A stretch of 64,000 nt of DNA from Nitrospirota bacterium (GTDB lineage: Bacteria; Nitrospirota; UBA9217), in the NCBI GenBank assembly GCA_963663225.1, contig OY760142.1, forward strand, positions 768,001-832,000, given 5' to 3'. The notes beneath the pieces are model-generated. The model saw nothing but the letters and a program-made list of their open reading frames with translations. It made no database searches and was not told where the DNA came from. The position numbers and the translations under genes are program-made. Position 1 is the first letter of the stretch. Each line of letters starts with the position of its first letter. Positions 41,002 through 50,534 of the stretch are shown one piece after another.

Positions 41002-41121
41002 GCTTTTCTATGCTCCTTACGCCTCCACTAAATCAGATCATGGTTCTTTCTCTCAAACCTGCCGAGACGGCACCGGCTAATCAGTACTGATCATCCTCCT
41101 TTGTATATGCCGGGAAAGGGT

Positions 41122-41154
41122 TGTGCCCTCTCTTCAGTGCGAAGAGAGGGCACA
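41122..41154. other. 14-bp perfect stem-loop downstream of the binding-protein gene
   Basis: TGTGCCCTCTCTTC-AGTGC-GAAGAGAGGGCACA. Confidence 0.75.
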
Positions 41155-41199
41155 GGGGGAGGGAGGATGAAGCCGTACTGCAAGTTCTCTGTATAAAAT

Positions 41200-42816
41200 C
41201 TACTTCTGGTCCTTTTCCGCAATAAACCATTCATCCGCAAAGGAGAAAAACTTGTACGGGTGTATGGCAACATGCCGCACCTTATTGTGGTACGCCGCAT
41301 AATTCGTAAGCGTCCAGAGGAAGGTATAGGTGTTTTCGTCGGCAAGAATGGAATGAAGCCGCCGGTTGATCGTCCTCCGCTTCTCATGATCGAGGGTAAG
41401 TTTGCTCTCGTTGATCAGGCCGTCAACCTCCGGATTGGAGTACCCGATGAAATTGTTTTTCCACGGGCCAATTTCTCCGGAATGGAACAGCGACGAGATG
41501 TCCGCGGAATCATCAAAAACCCAGGAAGCAAAAACAATGTCGAAGTCATGCTCCAGGAACACGTCCTCCTTCCATGCCTGCCATTCCTTGAATCCCACCT
41601 GGACATCAACGCCGATGTTTTTAAGGTAATTTCTGAAGGCAAGCACTACCCGTTTCACTGCTTCGCTCTCTTTCTCAATCGGGACTTTCAGCGTCAAGAC
41701 AAGTTTTTTCCCGTCTTTCTGCATGATCCCGTCCGGACCGGGAGCAAACCCTGCTTCCCGGAGAAGCGATTTCGCCTTTTCAGGATTGAAGGGAAACGGC
41801 TGTACTTCAAGGTTGTATGCCCAGCTGCCGGGCGCAAAGGGACCGGAAATGATTGTCCCCTGGCCGTTGAAAAATGAATCGAGCATTTCCTGCCTGTTCA
41901 CTGCATACGTAAAGGCCTGCCGGACGCGTTTGTCCGCGAGCAGTTGGTTCCGGACATTGTAGCCGAAAAACGAATACGAAAGCGCATTGTACGGTTGCAG
42001 AACAAAACGCTTATCGCCCTGTACCTCGGGAATATCGCGGGGATTCACCAGTACGATCATGTCGATGGCATTGAACATGAGGGCCTGGGTCATGATATTC
42101 TGGTCCGCAAACGGCTTTGCAATAAACTTGTCGAGGTGCGGCCGTCCCTTGAAATAATTGTCGTTCGCCACAAGTATGATTTCCCGGTCCGGCGTAATGT
42201 TCTTGAGAATATACGGCCCGGTGCCGATAGGGTGCTGGACAAAGGGGTCTTCCCTCGTGAGGAAAACAGGGTTGGCCGGTCCATGCCGGGGTATTATTTT
42301 GAAGCTGAATTTGGCAAGCGCATTCAGGATCGGCCGCTTCAGAGTAAAACGGACCGTGTAATCATCCAGCTTTTCGACGGTATCGATGAACTCATACCGG
42401 ACCTTGAGCGGCGTGATGGTCCTCGGATGCATCATGATTTTATAGGTAAAAATCACGTCGTCCGCGCTGAACGCTCTTGGCTCTTCTCCATCGCGTGCAT
42501 GCCAGGTCACTCCTTTCCGGAGAGCAAAAGTATAGGTGCGTCCGTCTTTTGACTGTTCCCACCGTTCGGCAAGCTCCGGGACAATTTCCTGTTTTTCATT
42601 GATGCCGACCAGACCGTTGAAAACCAGCTCGGTGATGCGCAAGGAAATCATTTCATTGCTCGTGACGGGATCAAGTGTGGCAGGCCGCCCGTATTCACCG
42701 TAGCTCAGCATGCCGCCATCAGGCCTGTTGTCTTTTTTACGAGCTGCGTCTGCAAATGGCGCAGCCACAAGAGACACCACAACCAGCAAAAGCACAACAA
42801 TAGGAATTCTTTTCAT
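41200..42816 (-). CDS. ABC transporter substrate-binding protein, family 5
   Basis: Signal peptide; TLDP, PELAERW, PIGTGPY and DKRVRQA motifs; AAGGAGG RBS. Confidence 0.94.
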   Translation of the reverse strand: MKRIPIVVLLLVVVSLVAAPFADAARKKDNRPDGGMLSYGEYGRPATLDPVTSNEMISLRITELVFNGLVGINEKQEIVPELAERWEQSKDGRTYTFALRKGVTWHARDGEEPRAFSADDVIFTYKIMMHPRTITPLKVRYEFIDTVEKLDDYTVRFTLKRPILNALAKFSFKIIPRHGPANPVFLTREDPFVQHPIGTGPYILKNITPDREIILVANDNYFKGRPHLDKFIAKPFADQNIMTQALMFNAIDMIVLVNPRDIPEVQGDKRFVLQPYNALSYSFFGYNVRNQLLADKRVRQAFTYAVNRQEMLDSFFNGQGTIISGPFAPGSWAYNLEVQPFPFNPEKAKSLLREAGFAPGPDGIMQKDGKKLVLTLKVPIEKESEAVKRVVLAFRNYLKNIGVDVQVGFKEWQAWKEDVFLEHDFDIVFASWVFDDSADISSLFHSGEIGPWKNNFIGYSNPEVDGLINESKLTLDHEKRRTINRRLHSILADENTYTFLWTLTNYAAYHNKVRHVAIHPYKFFSFADEWFIAEKDQK

Positions 42817-42888
42817 AGGTCCTCCTTGCCATATCCGGGTTTGCAACGCATGTGATGTGTGCGGCCGCAAACCAAAATCCGTTCTGCG

Positions 42889-44376
42889 TTAAAAAATTTT
42901 TACATCTCCTGCGCTCTGCTGTTCTATTGCATATACACCCTGCATTGCTTCCTGTATCTGCCGGACGGCGGGAAACTGTTTGCTCATCTCGAAATAAATC
43001 TCGATTGCCTCTGAAAATTTTTTGCTCCGGTAATACAGTCCGGCCAGATCCGCAAGCATCAGCGGGTCGTTCGACTCAATCTTGTTCTTGTTGCTTTTAT
43101 CCCTGCCCATTTCCATGGAGAACAAAGCCTTTCCCCGGTTTTTCTTCGCAAGAGCGTATCTGCCGAGCCCGAAGTGCAGGATGGAAAACTTTTTGCCCTG
43201 ACCGGCCGCGGCGATGGATTCCGCGCGCTTCGAAACTGCACCGCATTCTGCTTTTGCCCGCGCACAGGCAAACAGTATCTCTCCCAGAAGGTCCGGGTCT
43301 GCCGGCTGCTTCTGCGAAAGACCGGTCCATACCTTCAATGCTCCGGCCTGATTGCCTTGCAGATATTCATGCGCCGCCTGCTGTGCCCGTATCCGGTCCT
43401 TATAATGCTGCGACATGCGCGAGGTAGCGATAAAAGATGCTGCAACCTCAGCCGACTGTTCTTCGCTCCCTGCAAAAGAATACGCGGCGGCAAGATAGTA
43501 TTCAGCCGCGTCTTTTACCGCTCCGTTGGCGGCGGCTTTTTCGAGCGAAGCTATGCTTGCCTGGCCATAGAGAACCGACATGGCATCGAGAAGTCCGGGA
43601 TCGTAAAAAAAGAGGACTTTCAATTTTCCGAGCACCTCTTTGTGAGAAGGCTCCTTTCCATCAACGCGTCTGAGCAGTGCAAGCCCCTTGTCGATCAGTC
43701 CTGCTTCGTTGTAAACAGACAGACAGTTCTTCACCATCCGGACCAGCGCCGGTTTCCCGGTTTTCTTTACGTCTGCAAGGCTGCCGTCGCACAAGGCAAC
43801 GGGGTCTTTCTCTGCAAAGTTAATTCTGCTGTACGCTGCGGCAAGCTCGGACCGTACTTCCGGGGAGGCGGAATCTATGCCGTTCCAGATGCGCTCCGCT
43901 TCCTGCCCGTTGTCGTTCAGGTAATGGCAGAGGCCCAGATTCACTTCAGCGATCGAACGATGCAACTGACTGATTTTTTTGTCGGCAATGAATCGTTCCA
44001 GAAAGGACACAGCATCAGCAGGTTTTTCCGACTCGATAAGCAGCTGCCCTCTATACAGGTCCGCGAAGCGGCTTCTGGCCGACCCTTTTGACGCGGACAG
44101 TTTTTTGAGATAATCCTGCGTCGCGGCAAGCGATTCTTCGTAGAACGCCCGGTACAGTTCGGCGTTTTTCAGGTAGATCATGCCGAGGGTCAGGTTCGCC
44201 GCCCCCTGCCGGGACGGATCAAGTGAAGTAATCTCTGTTCGAAGATTCAAAGCTGCGTCTTCATAATGCCGCTGTTCATAAAGCTTCATCGCACGCGCAA
44301 CTGCGTCGTCGGCGGCGGCAGGTACGGCTGACGGAATGCTCAGAAAGAGTATGATGGAAAAAAGAATTCGCTTCAT
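42889..44376 (-). CDS. Secreted all-helical TPR-like protein
   Basis: Signal peptide ending PAA; multiple TPR-like segments (NLTLGMIY, NLGLCHY, LADLAGLYY). Confidence 0.8.
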   Translation of the reverse strand: MKRILFSIILFLSIPSAVPAAADDAVARAMKLYEQRHYEDAALNLRTEITSLDPSRQGAANLTLGMIYLKNAELYRAFYEESLAATQDYLKKLSASKGSARSRFADLYRGQLLIESEKPADAVSFLERFIADKKISQLHRSIAEVNLGLCHYLNDNGQEAERIWNGIDSASPEVRSELAAAYSRINFAEKDPVALCDGSLADVKKTGKPALVRMVKNCLSVYNEAGLIDKGLALLRRVDGKEPSHKEVLGKLKVLFFYDPGLLDAMSVLYGQASIASLEKAAANGAVKDAAEYYLAAAYSFAGSEEQSAEVAASFIATSRMSQHYKDRIRAQQAAHEYLQGNQAGALKVWTGLSQKQPADPDLLGEILFACARAKAECGAVSKRAESIAAAGQGKKFSILHFGLGRYALAKKNRGKALFSMEMGRDKSNKNKIESNDPLMLADLAGLYYRSKKFSEAIEIYFEMSKQFPAVRQIQEAMQGVYAIEQQSAGDVKIF

Positions 44377-44412
44377 CGGATGTCCTTGCCAAACGGTGCA
44401 GATTTTTCACCG

Positions 44413-45729
44413 TTATTGCTTCAGTTTCATGAGAAAAATCTGGTCCCATTGATTGACCTGGGCGCGATATGCTATCACGCCGTCTGAAGAGCAGGTGATA
44501 TCATGGTTCATTTTGGTGCCCGTTTTTACCAGACGGCTCGTCTTCTCTTTGATGTTCACGATATAGATGGGATTGAATCCGACCCGGTCGTTTTTTACGT
44601 ATACAATTTGCGCGCTGTCAGGCATCCACGCGGGCCCGCGTTCCACGTCAGGAATAATGTCCTGGGCGACCACTTTTGCGGCAAGCCCGTCTCCTGCAGG
44701 AGAATCTGACCCGTCGGCAGCAATAACCATCAGGGACCATATCTTGGGGTCTCCGGCAGGATTGACATTTGAGTAAAACGCTATCTTCTTCCCGTCAGGC
44801 GACCACATCGGCCGCAAGTCGTCGTAGGTCCACGTGGTGAGCGCTTTCAGCGTCTCAACAGGTTTGGTCACGTCGCCGATCAGATAGATGTCATGGTTTT
44901 CATTGCTGCCGTGCATCACAGCGATTCTTTTTCCGTCCGGGGACCATTGCGGGTAGAGATACGGTTTTCCTCCCCTGGTCAGCCGTGTCAGCCCGCGGGT
45001 TGCGGTATCCAGAAGATACACATCGCCCTTGCCGGTTCTGCCTGATACGAAAACGATTGAATCAGCAACCGGCGACCAGTGCGCATGGCCGTTTTTCTCC
45101 TTGTGATTGGTAAGCCGGGTTGTTGTCGCCGTCGGCATGCTGCTGATGTCCTTCAAATAAAGATCGTAATTCCCCTCGCCGCCGTTGCTCATAAAAACAA
45201 CACGGTTTCCCTGCGGAGACCACGAAAGACCTGCGTTATAACTCACTTCCTCATAGACACCTGGGAAAAAGAACTTTTCTTCCCTGCGGTTTTCGGATAG
45301 CTGGAAATAAAGGGTCTGAACTATTGATCCGTCGGGACGGGCGATAATAATCTCTTTTTTATCGCCGCTGCTCCGTTCAAACGCAATCAGGGTTCCCTGC
45401 CGGGACCATACCGGATTTGAATCATTTCTCCCTGTTTCAATCTGAACAAGCGGTTTCACAAAAAGCGGTTCAATAATTGCGTTCGTGCGTTCTTCCGTGT
45501 TATCCCCTGTCGCTGTAGGGCGGGACTCAACAGCAGAATCCGGGCCCAACCGCGCCGCATCTTCGACGTCCTGGTCTTCCGCCTCCTGCTCAGTGAATTC
45601 GGTTTCCGATGGAGCTGCCGGCAGGTCTCCGCCGGCGACCGCCCGTAAGCCTCCCAGAAGAAACATCACCGCAAACAAAAGACAATGGTATCGGGTTGCT
45701 GTTTTCACCAAAGCGTCTCCCGCAATCAA
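44413..45729 (-). CDS. TolB-like PD40/WD40 beta-propeller protein
   Basis: Seven blade motifs WSRQG, WSPQG, WSPVA, WSPDG twice, WMPDS and CSSDG; signal peptide and acidic linker. Confidence 0.88.
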   Translation of the reverse strand: MIAGDALVKTATRYHCLLFAVMFLLGGLRAVAGGDLPAAPSETEFTEQEAEDQDVEDAARLGPDSAVESRPTATGDNTEERTNAIIEPLFVKPLVQIETGRNDSNPVWSRQGTLIAFERSSGDKKEIIIARPDGSIVQTLYFQLSENRREEKFFFPGVYEEVSYNAGLSWSPQGNRVVFMSNGGEGNYDLYLKDISSMPTATTTRLTNHKEKNGHAHWSPVADSIVFVSGRTGKGDVYLLDTATRGLTRLTRGGKPYLYPQWSPDGKRIAVMHGSNENHDIYLIGDVTKPVETLKALTTWTYDDLRPMWSPDGKKIAFYSNVNPAGDPKIWSLMVIAADGSDSPAGDGLAAKVVAQDIIPDVERGPAWMPDSAQIVYVKNDRVGFNPIYIVNIKEKTSRLVKTGTKMNHDITCSSDGVIAYRAQVNQWDQIFLMKLKQ

Positions 45730-48296
45730 AGATTTTTAATCTGCTCCCAATATTTCTGCGCCGTATCCCGGCTTTGCTCGAACGTACTGTTTCCCTCCAG
45801 CTTTTTCGGGAAAAAGTCAAAGTACTCCCGCCAGGCAAGGTTAGCACTGTTCAGCAACGCCGGTTTCCGGGTCATCAGATAGAGTTTGTGGTATGACAGC
45901 GCAAGATAGTAATAGGTATCATGCACGGCCTCGTCATACTGGATATTCGGAAAAAATCTTGTGTTCTGTTTTGCCGTCTGAAGATGCTGGATCGCTTTTC
46001 CGAAGGCCTGTGCCGCTGCATCCCTATTGGTTTGAACGAGCCCGCTTCCCTTTTCATAGTACGCGTGTCCCAGGTTCGTGTAAGTCACCGCATACTGTTT
46101 ATACAGAAGTTCCCGGTTCTCGGGCAGTGAAAGCACATTTTCAAATTCACGGATCGCGCCATCGTAATCACCTTTCTGATCGAGGTAAATCTGTGCCAGG
46201 CGGCTGTGGGCCTGGGAATAATCCGGATGCCCTTTTTCCGTGCTCTGGTAAGCACGGACCGCCCCCTCCACATCACCCTTTTGTTCCGCCCGCTCGCCGA
46301 TCTTCAGGTAATCTTTTTGCAAAACAATCCGCCGGTCACCTGTCCTGTTTTCTTCTTTTTGGGCAAACTCGATGATCTCTTCCCAATCACGGTAATCACC
46401 ACCGGCAGAAATTCTGACCGTATGGAATCCGAGTCCCACAAGTTTTCCTGCGCTGAGAGGCGTGGTACCGATTTTTTCTCCGTCAATGTATACGTCCGCG
46501 GAAGACGGCTGGGACTCTACTTTGAACAGCGAATTGTTCACCTGTAGAACATATTCTTTCAAATCCTTGTTCTTTTCTATTTTGACCTGGCCCTTGATCT
46601 GCTGATAACCATGCCGGTACAGAATAATATCGTATTTTTTCCCCACGCGGATCGGGATCTCTGCTCTGCCGTCAGCACCCGTGGAGCCAACCCATTCCTC
46701 ATTCAGGTAAACGTTCACACCACCCAGAGGGGCCACATCCGGAGAAACACCGCCTTTGGCAGACAGAACAAAGTAATTCTGCGCCGCTTCCTGCTCTTCC
46801 CGGTAAATGCGCCTGACCACCCGGTCTCCAATGGCAATTTTTTCATCTTTTCTCAGGTCCTCAACTTCAACCCAGGCCCCCGAGTCTTCCGCCTTCTTTA
46901 CTCTGATCTTTCCGATATCACGATAGCTCGATATCTTGCCGCTTTCATCAAACCGGGGGGTCATGAGCGAAAATTCCATCCCCCTGCTGATCCGGTAGCC
47001 CTGTTTTCCAAGATTGATGCGATAGCGGTCTTCTTCCTTCGACAGCACAGTCCCTTCAAAGGGAAACCGCTCCATGATATTCGTTGCGATCTCTTTCGCC
47101 GCGCCATTGATATCACCGGCACCTGATGCCCTGTTCAGCTGACTCAGAATCAATTTTCCCCCGGATGTATAAAACTTCGTTTCTATGAGAAACCCTTTGT
47201 CATCCTTTGCCACACTGCCCATGATAATCATGTCAACGGTTCTGCGAAGCGGAGTGTCGCGCCATCCCTTTGTAGTCGCTTTTTCGATCCCAAGTTTTGC
47301 CTGTTTCATTTCAGTCTGCAGTGTTTTCGTCGGCACTTCTCTAAAACAGGCGTTTTTGAATATCTGATTTGCCACGGAATGCTCCGTCTGCACAAGAATA
47401 TCTTTCATATCCGCTCCGGGAGTATTGCCTACAAAGCGGTAGATCCCGGCCCTGATCGGCTTGGGCTTCGTCGGGTAGAAATAGCGCGGGAGAGCCACCT
47501 CGCCTTCGAGCGTAATGCTCCCCTTCCAAGTGGCGGGAATATATCCGGGCGCGGACATCTGAATCTGGGCTTTCTTGCCGGGTTCTCCATTATATGTATA
47601 TACAAGGACTCCCTTGGAATCCGTACTGCCTGCGGACTTGTTGTCAATGCTGACGGCAACGCCGGGGATGCCGCTCGACAGCCCATACTCCTCCATCAGC
47701 GCGCTGATGGTAACCTGAACGCGCCTGGCAAGTGCCACTTCAAGCCTCTGGCCCGGCTCTGTTCTGCTTGTTTTGCGCCAGGTGGAATATCCCGACTTCG
47801 AAACCGTGATGTCCAATCCTGCTTTCGGCATTTCCTTATACTCGTAGATGAACTCACCTTTTGCGTCCGTTTTTCCCTGTTCCTTTCCTGATGCCGCAAC
47901 GGCTGCATCCTTCACGGGCGCGCCTTTTTCCGTAACAACGATCGTAATGTATCGCGTGGCTTCGAGATCTGCGTCAAAGGAATATTTGTCTACGGTCCCT
48001 TCTTTGGGCAGTTTCATAAGAAACGTGGTTTTCCAGGGCTTGACCCGGTATCCGGGCATTTCCTTGACCACGGCTACTTCTACTTCGGCCCCCGGTTTCT
48101 TTTTTATTATTTTGGAAAAATTACCGTTCGAATCGGCAAGACCTTCTTCCTTGCCGTCGACAGTTATTCTTGCTTGCGCCGCAGGCTGGCCGTCCAGACG
48201 GGCCTTTACCTGCAGATCGAGCTTTTCCCCGGCGCAGCCGAACAGCAGAACTGACGCCATAATAATTAGGCTTGAGCAAATAATGCGTTTTGCCAT
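45726..48296 (-). CDS. Large multidomain lipoprotein (beta-sandwich repeats, CsgG/FlgT-like core, PEGA, TPR)
   Basis: Lipobox LFGC, repeated GxT/AD..G beta modules, PEGA motif VESQPSSADVYIDGEKIGTTPL, C-terminal TPRs. Confidence 0.82.
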   Translation of the reverse strand: MAKRIICSSLIIMASVLLFGCAGEKLDLQVKARLDGQPAAQARITVDGKEEGLADSNGNFSKIIKKKPGAEVEVAVVKEMPGYRVKPWKTTFLMKLPKEGTVDKYSFDADLEATRYITIVVTEKGAPVKDAAVAASGKEQGKTDAKGEFIYEYKEMPKAGLDITVSKSGYSTWRKTSRTEPGQRLEVALARRVQVTISALMEEYGLSSGIPGVAVSIDNKSAGSTDSKGVLVYTYNGEPGKKAQIQMSAPGYIPATWKGSITLEGEVALPRYFYPTKPKPIRAGIYRFVGNTPGADMKDILVQTEHSVANQIFKNACFREVPTKTLQTEMKQAKLGIEKATTKGWRDTPLRRTVDMIIMGSVAKDDKGFLIETKFYTSGGKLILSQLNRASGAGDINGAAKEIATNIMERFPFEGTVLSKEEDRYRINLGKQGYRISRGMEFSLMTPRFDESGKISSYRDIGKIRVKKAEDSGAWVEVEDLRKDEKIAIGDRVVRRIYREEQEAAQNYFVLSAKGGVSPDVAPLGGVNVYLNEEWVGSTGADGRAEIPIRVGKKYDIILYRHGYQQIKGQVKIEKNKDLKEYVLQVNNSLFKVESQPSSADVYIDGEKIGTTPLSAGKLVGLGFHTVRISAGGDYRDWEEIIEFAQKEENRTGDRRIVLQKDYLKIGERAEQKGDVEGAVRAYQSTEKGHPDYSQAHSRLAQIYLDQKGDYDGAIREFENVLSLPENRELLYKQYAVTYTNLGHAYYEKGSGLVQTNRDAAAQAFGKAIQHLQTAKQNTRFFPNIQYDEAVHDTYYYLALSYHKLYLMTRKPALLNSANLAWREYFDFFPKKLEGNSTFEQSRDTAQKYWEQIKNL

Positions 48297-48409
48297 AATC
48301 AGAGACCTCCTTGAAAACCACCGGATACGCTCGGCATTCGTCTTGCGAAAAAACTATCGCGTTCTATCAAAGTACCTGCGTTAAGCAGAAAACATGTGAA
48401 AAAGGCTGC

Positions 48410-48859
48410 TTACATCGTTGGGGGCTGGATGTTTACCTCGCCGGGATTTACAATTTTGTCTTCATCGGATTTTGAACCTTCTATGCTTTTCCGTTTCCCT
48501 TCAGCGATTTTCTTTATTTTAAATTCCACCTTCTTGCCGCCGAATCTTCCTACTTCCACGGACCGTGTTTCAGTCATATAGCCGATCCTGCTCGCTTCCA
48601 CCTTGTATACTCCCGGAATAATAAAGTCCTTCAGAGACTCAAACTTGCCTTCTGCGTCCACGACAACGGCCTGCGATGCCTTTTCGAGCGTGGTCGTGGT
48701 GTTGATCATGTTCACAACAGATCCCTGCGGACTTTCCTTGGCAGGAGGAATAGGTTGCAGGTTTGCGTCCACAAGCTCGACCGTTCCATATATTTTCGGT
48801 GCACAGGCACCCAGCGTGATCCCCAGAACCGCCAGTAAAATATACTTTGTGCATTTCAT
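48410..48859 (-). CDS. Lipoprotein with carboxypeptidase-regulatory-like beta-sandwich
   Basis: AGGAGG RBS, lipobox LGAC, DAEGKF....PGVYKVEASRIGY motif. Confidence 0.85.
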   Translation of the reverse strand: MKCTKYILLAVLGITLGACAPKIYGTVELVDANLQPIPPAKESPQGSVVNMINTTTTLEKASQAVVVDAEGKFESLKDFIIPGVYKVEASRIGYMTETRSVEVGRFGGKKVEFKIKKIAEGKRKSIEGSKSDEDKIVNPGEVNIQPPTM

Positions 48860-48936
48860 ATTCCCGCCTCCTCCTGACCCGTGCGTAAGATTCATTCTTT
48901 GATTCTAATACCGAAGCAACTTGCTGCCGCAATCGC

Positions 48937-48979
48937 AAAAAAAAAACCGCCAAAGAGAACAGATTATGTTCTTTGGCGG
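48937..48979 (-). terminator. Riboswitch expression-platform terminator
   Basis: Minus strand CCGCCAAAG...CUUUGGCGG followed by U10; its 5' arm overlaps the 3' strand of aptamer P1. Confidence 0.88.
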
Positions 48980-49106
48980 CTCGACTAGCATATAAAACAA
49001 TTACTGCGACTCTGCTGATGCTTTTGGTGTACGACAAGTCGCCGGTGTTTTAGTTAGCTTCGTGGCTCTGCGCCCTCCGGTTTCCCGGGGTTTGCTCTGA
49101 GCAAAG
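48971..49106 (-). ncRNA. GEMM-I / c-di-GMP-I family riboswitch aptamer, A20 variant
   Basis: Minus strand CUUUGCUCAG-A-GCAAA-CCCCGG-GAAA-CCGGAGG-GCGCAGAGCC..GCUAA..long stem..UAUGCUAGUCGAGCCGCCAAAG; P1 CUUUG/CAAAG, GAAA tetraloop and CUAA/AUG receptor. Confidence 0.88.
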
Positions 49107-49148
49107 ACGTATTATTTATGAATCGTGTTTCTACGTCCAATTTATTGC

Positions 49149-49177
49149 AATCTAACATGTCATCTGTCCCTTGTCAA
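49149..49177 (-). promoter_or_regulatory. sigma70 promoter for the riboswitch leader
   Basis: Minus strand TTGACA-17 nt-TAGATT with extended TG, about 40 nt before the aptamer. Confidence 0.75.
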
Positions 49178-49444
49178 GAAAATGGATAAACATTATTTTT
49201 GTTAGCCAGCCCGGTGATGCACTTTTAATTCCAAAACGTTTTCAACTGTGTGACCGGGCTCACAAAACAGACATTTTTTCTCCTCCGAAAGCAATAATTT
49301 TTTATGAGGAACCTTTTTCACCTTTGTTCCGCATCAGGCAGCTGGACCATAATAAATGTTTTTGACACAAATACAGAATCTGATAGAATAAAGCACTTTT
49401 GTTTTCCGGTGCCGCAAGGAAACAAAACACGCCACAAAAAACTT

Positions 49445-50512
49445 ATGAACCCTGTAAATCAGCTGAAAATTTCACTGGTCGTTCTCCTCGCTCTCGTCTC
49501 TCTCGGCACAGCAGGATATATGTTTATTGAGTCGTGGTATTTCCTTGACGCCCTTTACATGACGGTCATCACGCTCGCCACCGTAGGGTTTAAAGAAGTC
49601 CATGATCTGAGTGATGCGGGAAAAATCTTCACCATATTGCTGATCGTTTTCGGAGTGTCCGTCATCGGCTTCGCCTTAAGCAAGCTCGCCCAGATCATGT
49701 TTGAAGGACAGCTCCAGCGTTTTATCGGGAGGAAAAAATTGGAAAAATCCATAGACAGTCTGACCGGTCATTACATCGTTTGCGGCTACGGAAGAATCGG
49801 ATCCCTTATTTGTAAAGAGTTCGCCGCCAAACCTATTCCTTTCGTCGTTGTGGAAAACGATCCTATCGTCCTTGATAAGCTTGAAACGGACTCCCATCTT
49901 TTTCTCCGCGGCGATGCTACGGAAGATGAAGTCCTTCTCCAGGCTGGAATTAAACGTGCAAAAGGCCTGGTATCGGTGGTCAACTCAGATACGGAAAACG
50001 TTTACATTACCCTTACCGCACGCGGGCTCAATCCGGATCTTTATATTCTTGCGCGTTCCAGTGAAACAGGCTCGGACATAAAACTCAAGCGGGCGGGAGC
50101 GAGCAAAGTCATTTCACCGTATCACATCGGCGGCAACCGCATGGCCCAGGCCATTCTGAGACCAAACGTAGTTGACTTCATCGAGATAGCCACCGGCCGG
50201 GACCATATTGATCTGCAGATGGAGGAAATACTGATACCACAGCAGTCCCCGTTCGCGGGCCAAAACCTGCTGCAGGCCGGTCTCCGCAAAGAAACCGGCG
50301 TTATCATCGTCGGCATAAAAAAAGCAACCGGGAAAATGGTTTTTAATCCCGACTCAACTACCCTCCTTGAACCCGGTGATACGCTCATCGTTCTCGGTCC
50401 GCCGGCATCAATAGCAAAGCTCGAAAACCTTTTTTCCAGCAATGCTTCAAAAGAAAAGGTCCCGGCGATCAAGAAACAGCGTCAAAAAATTGAGAAACGA
50501 AAGCCCGTGTAA
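49445..50512 (+). CDS. Potassium channel protein (pore plus TrkA-N and TrkA-C)
   Basis: TLATVGF filter, VCGYGRIG, GDAT and FNP...GDTLIVLG motifs; TTGACA-16-TAGAAT promoter upstream. Confidence 0.93.
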   Translation: MNPVNQLKISLVVLLALVSLGTAGYMFIESWYFLDALYMTVITLATVGFKEVHDLSDAGKIFTILLIVFGVSVIGFALSKLAQIMFEGQLQRFIGRKKLEKSIDSLTGHYIVCGYGRIGSLICKEFAAKPIPFVVVENDPIVLDKLETDSHLFLRGDATEDEVLLQAGIKRAKGLVSVVNSDTENVYITLTARGLNPDLYILARSSETGSDIKLKRAGASKVISPYHIGGNRMAQAILRPNVVDFIEIATGRDHIDLQMEEILIPQQSPFAGQNLLQAGLRKETGVIIVGIKKATGKMVFNPDSTTLLEPGDTLIVLGPPASIAKLENLFSSNASKEKVPAIKKQRQKIEKRKPV

Positions 50513-50534
50513 AAAACGGCGTACCGTGAGTGGA

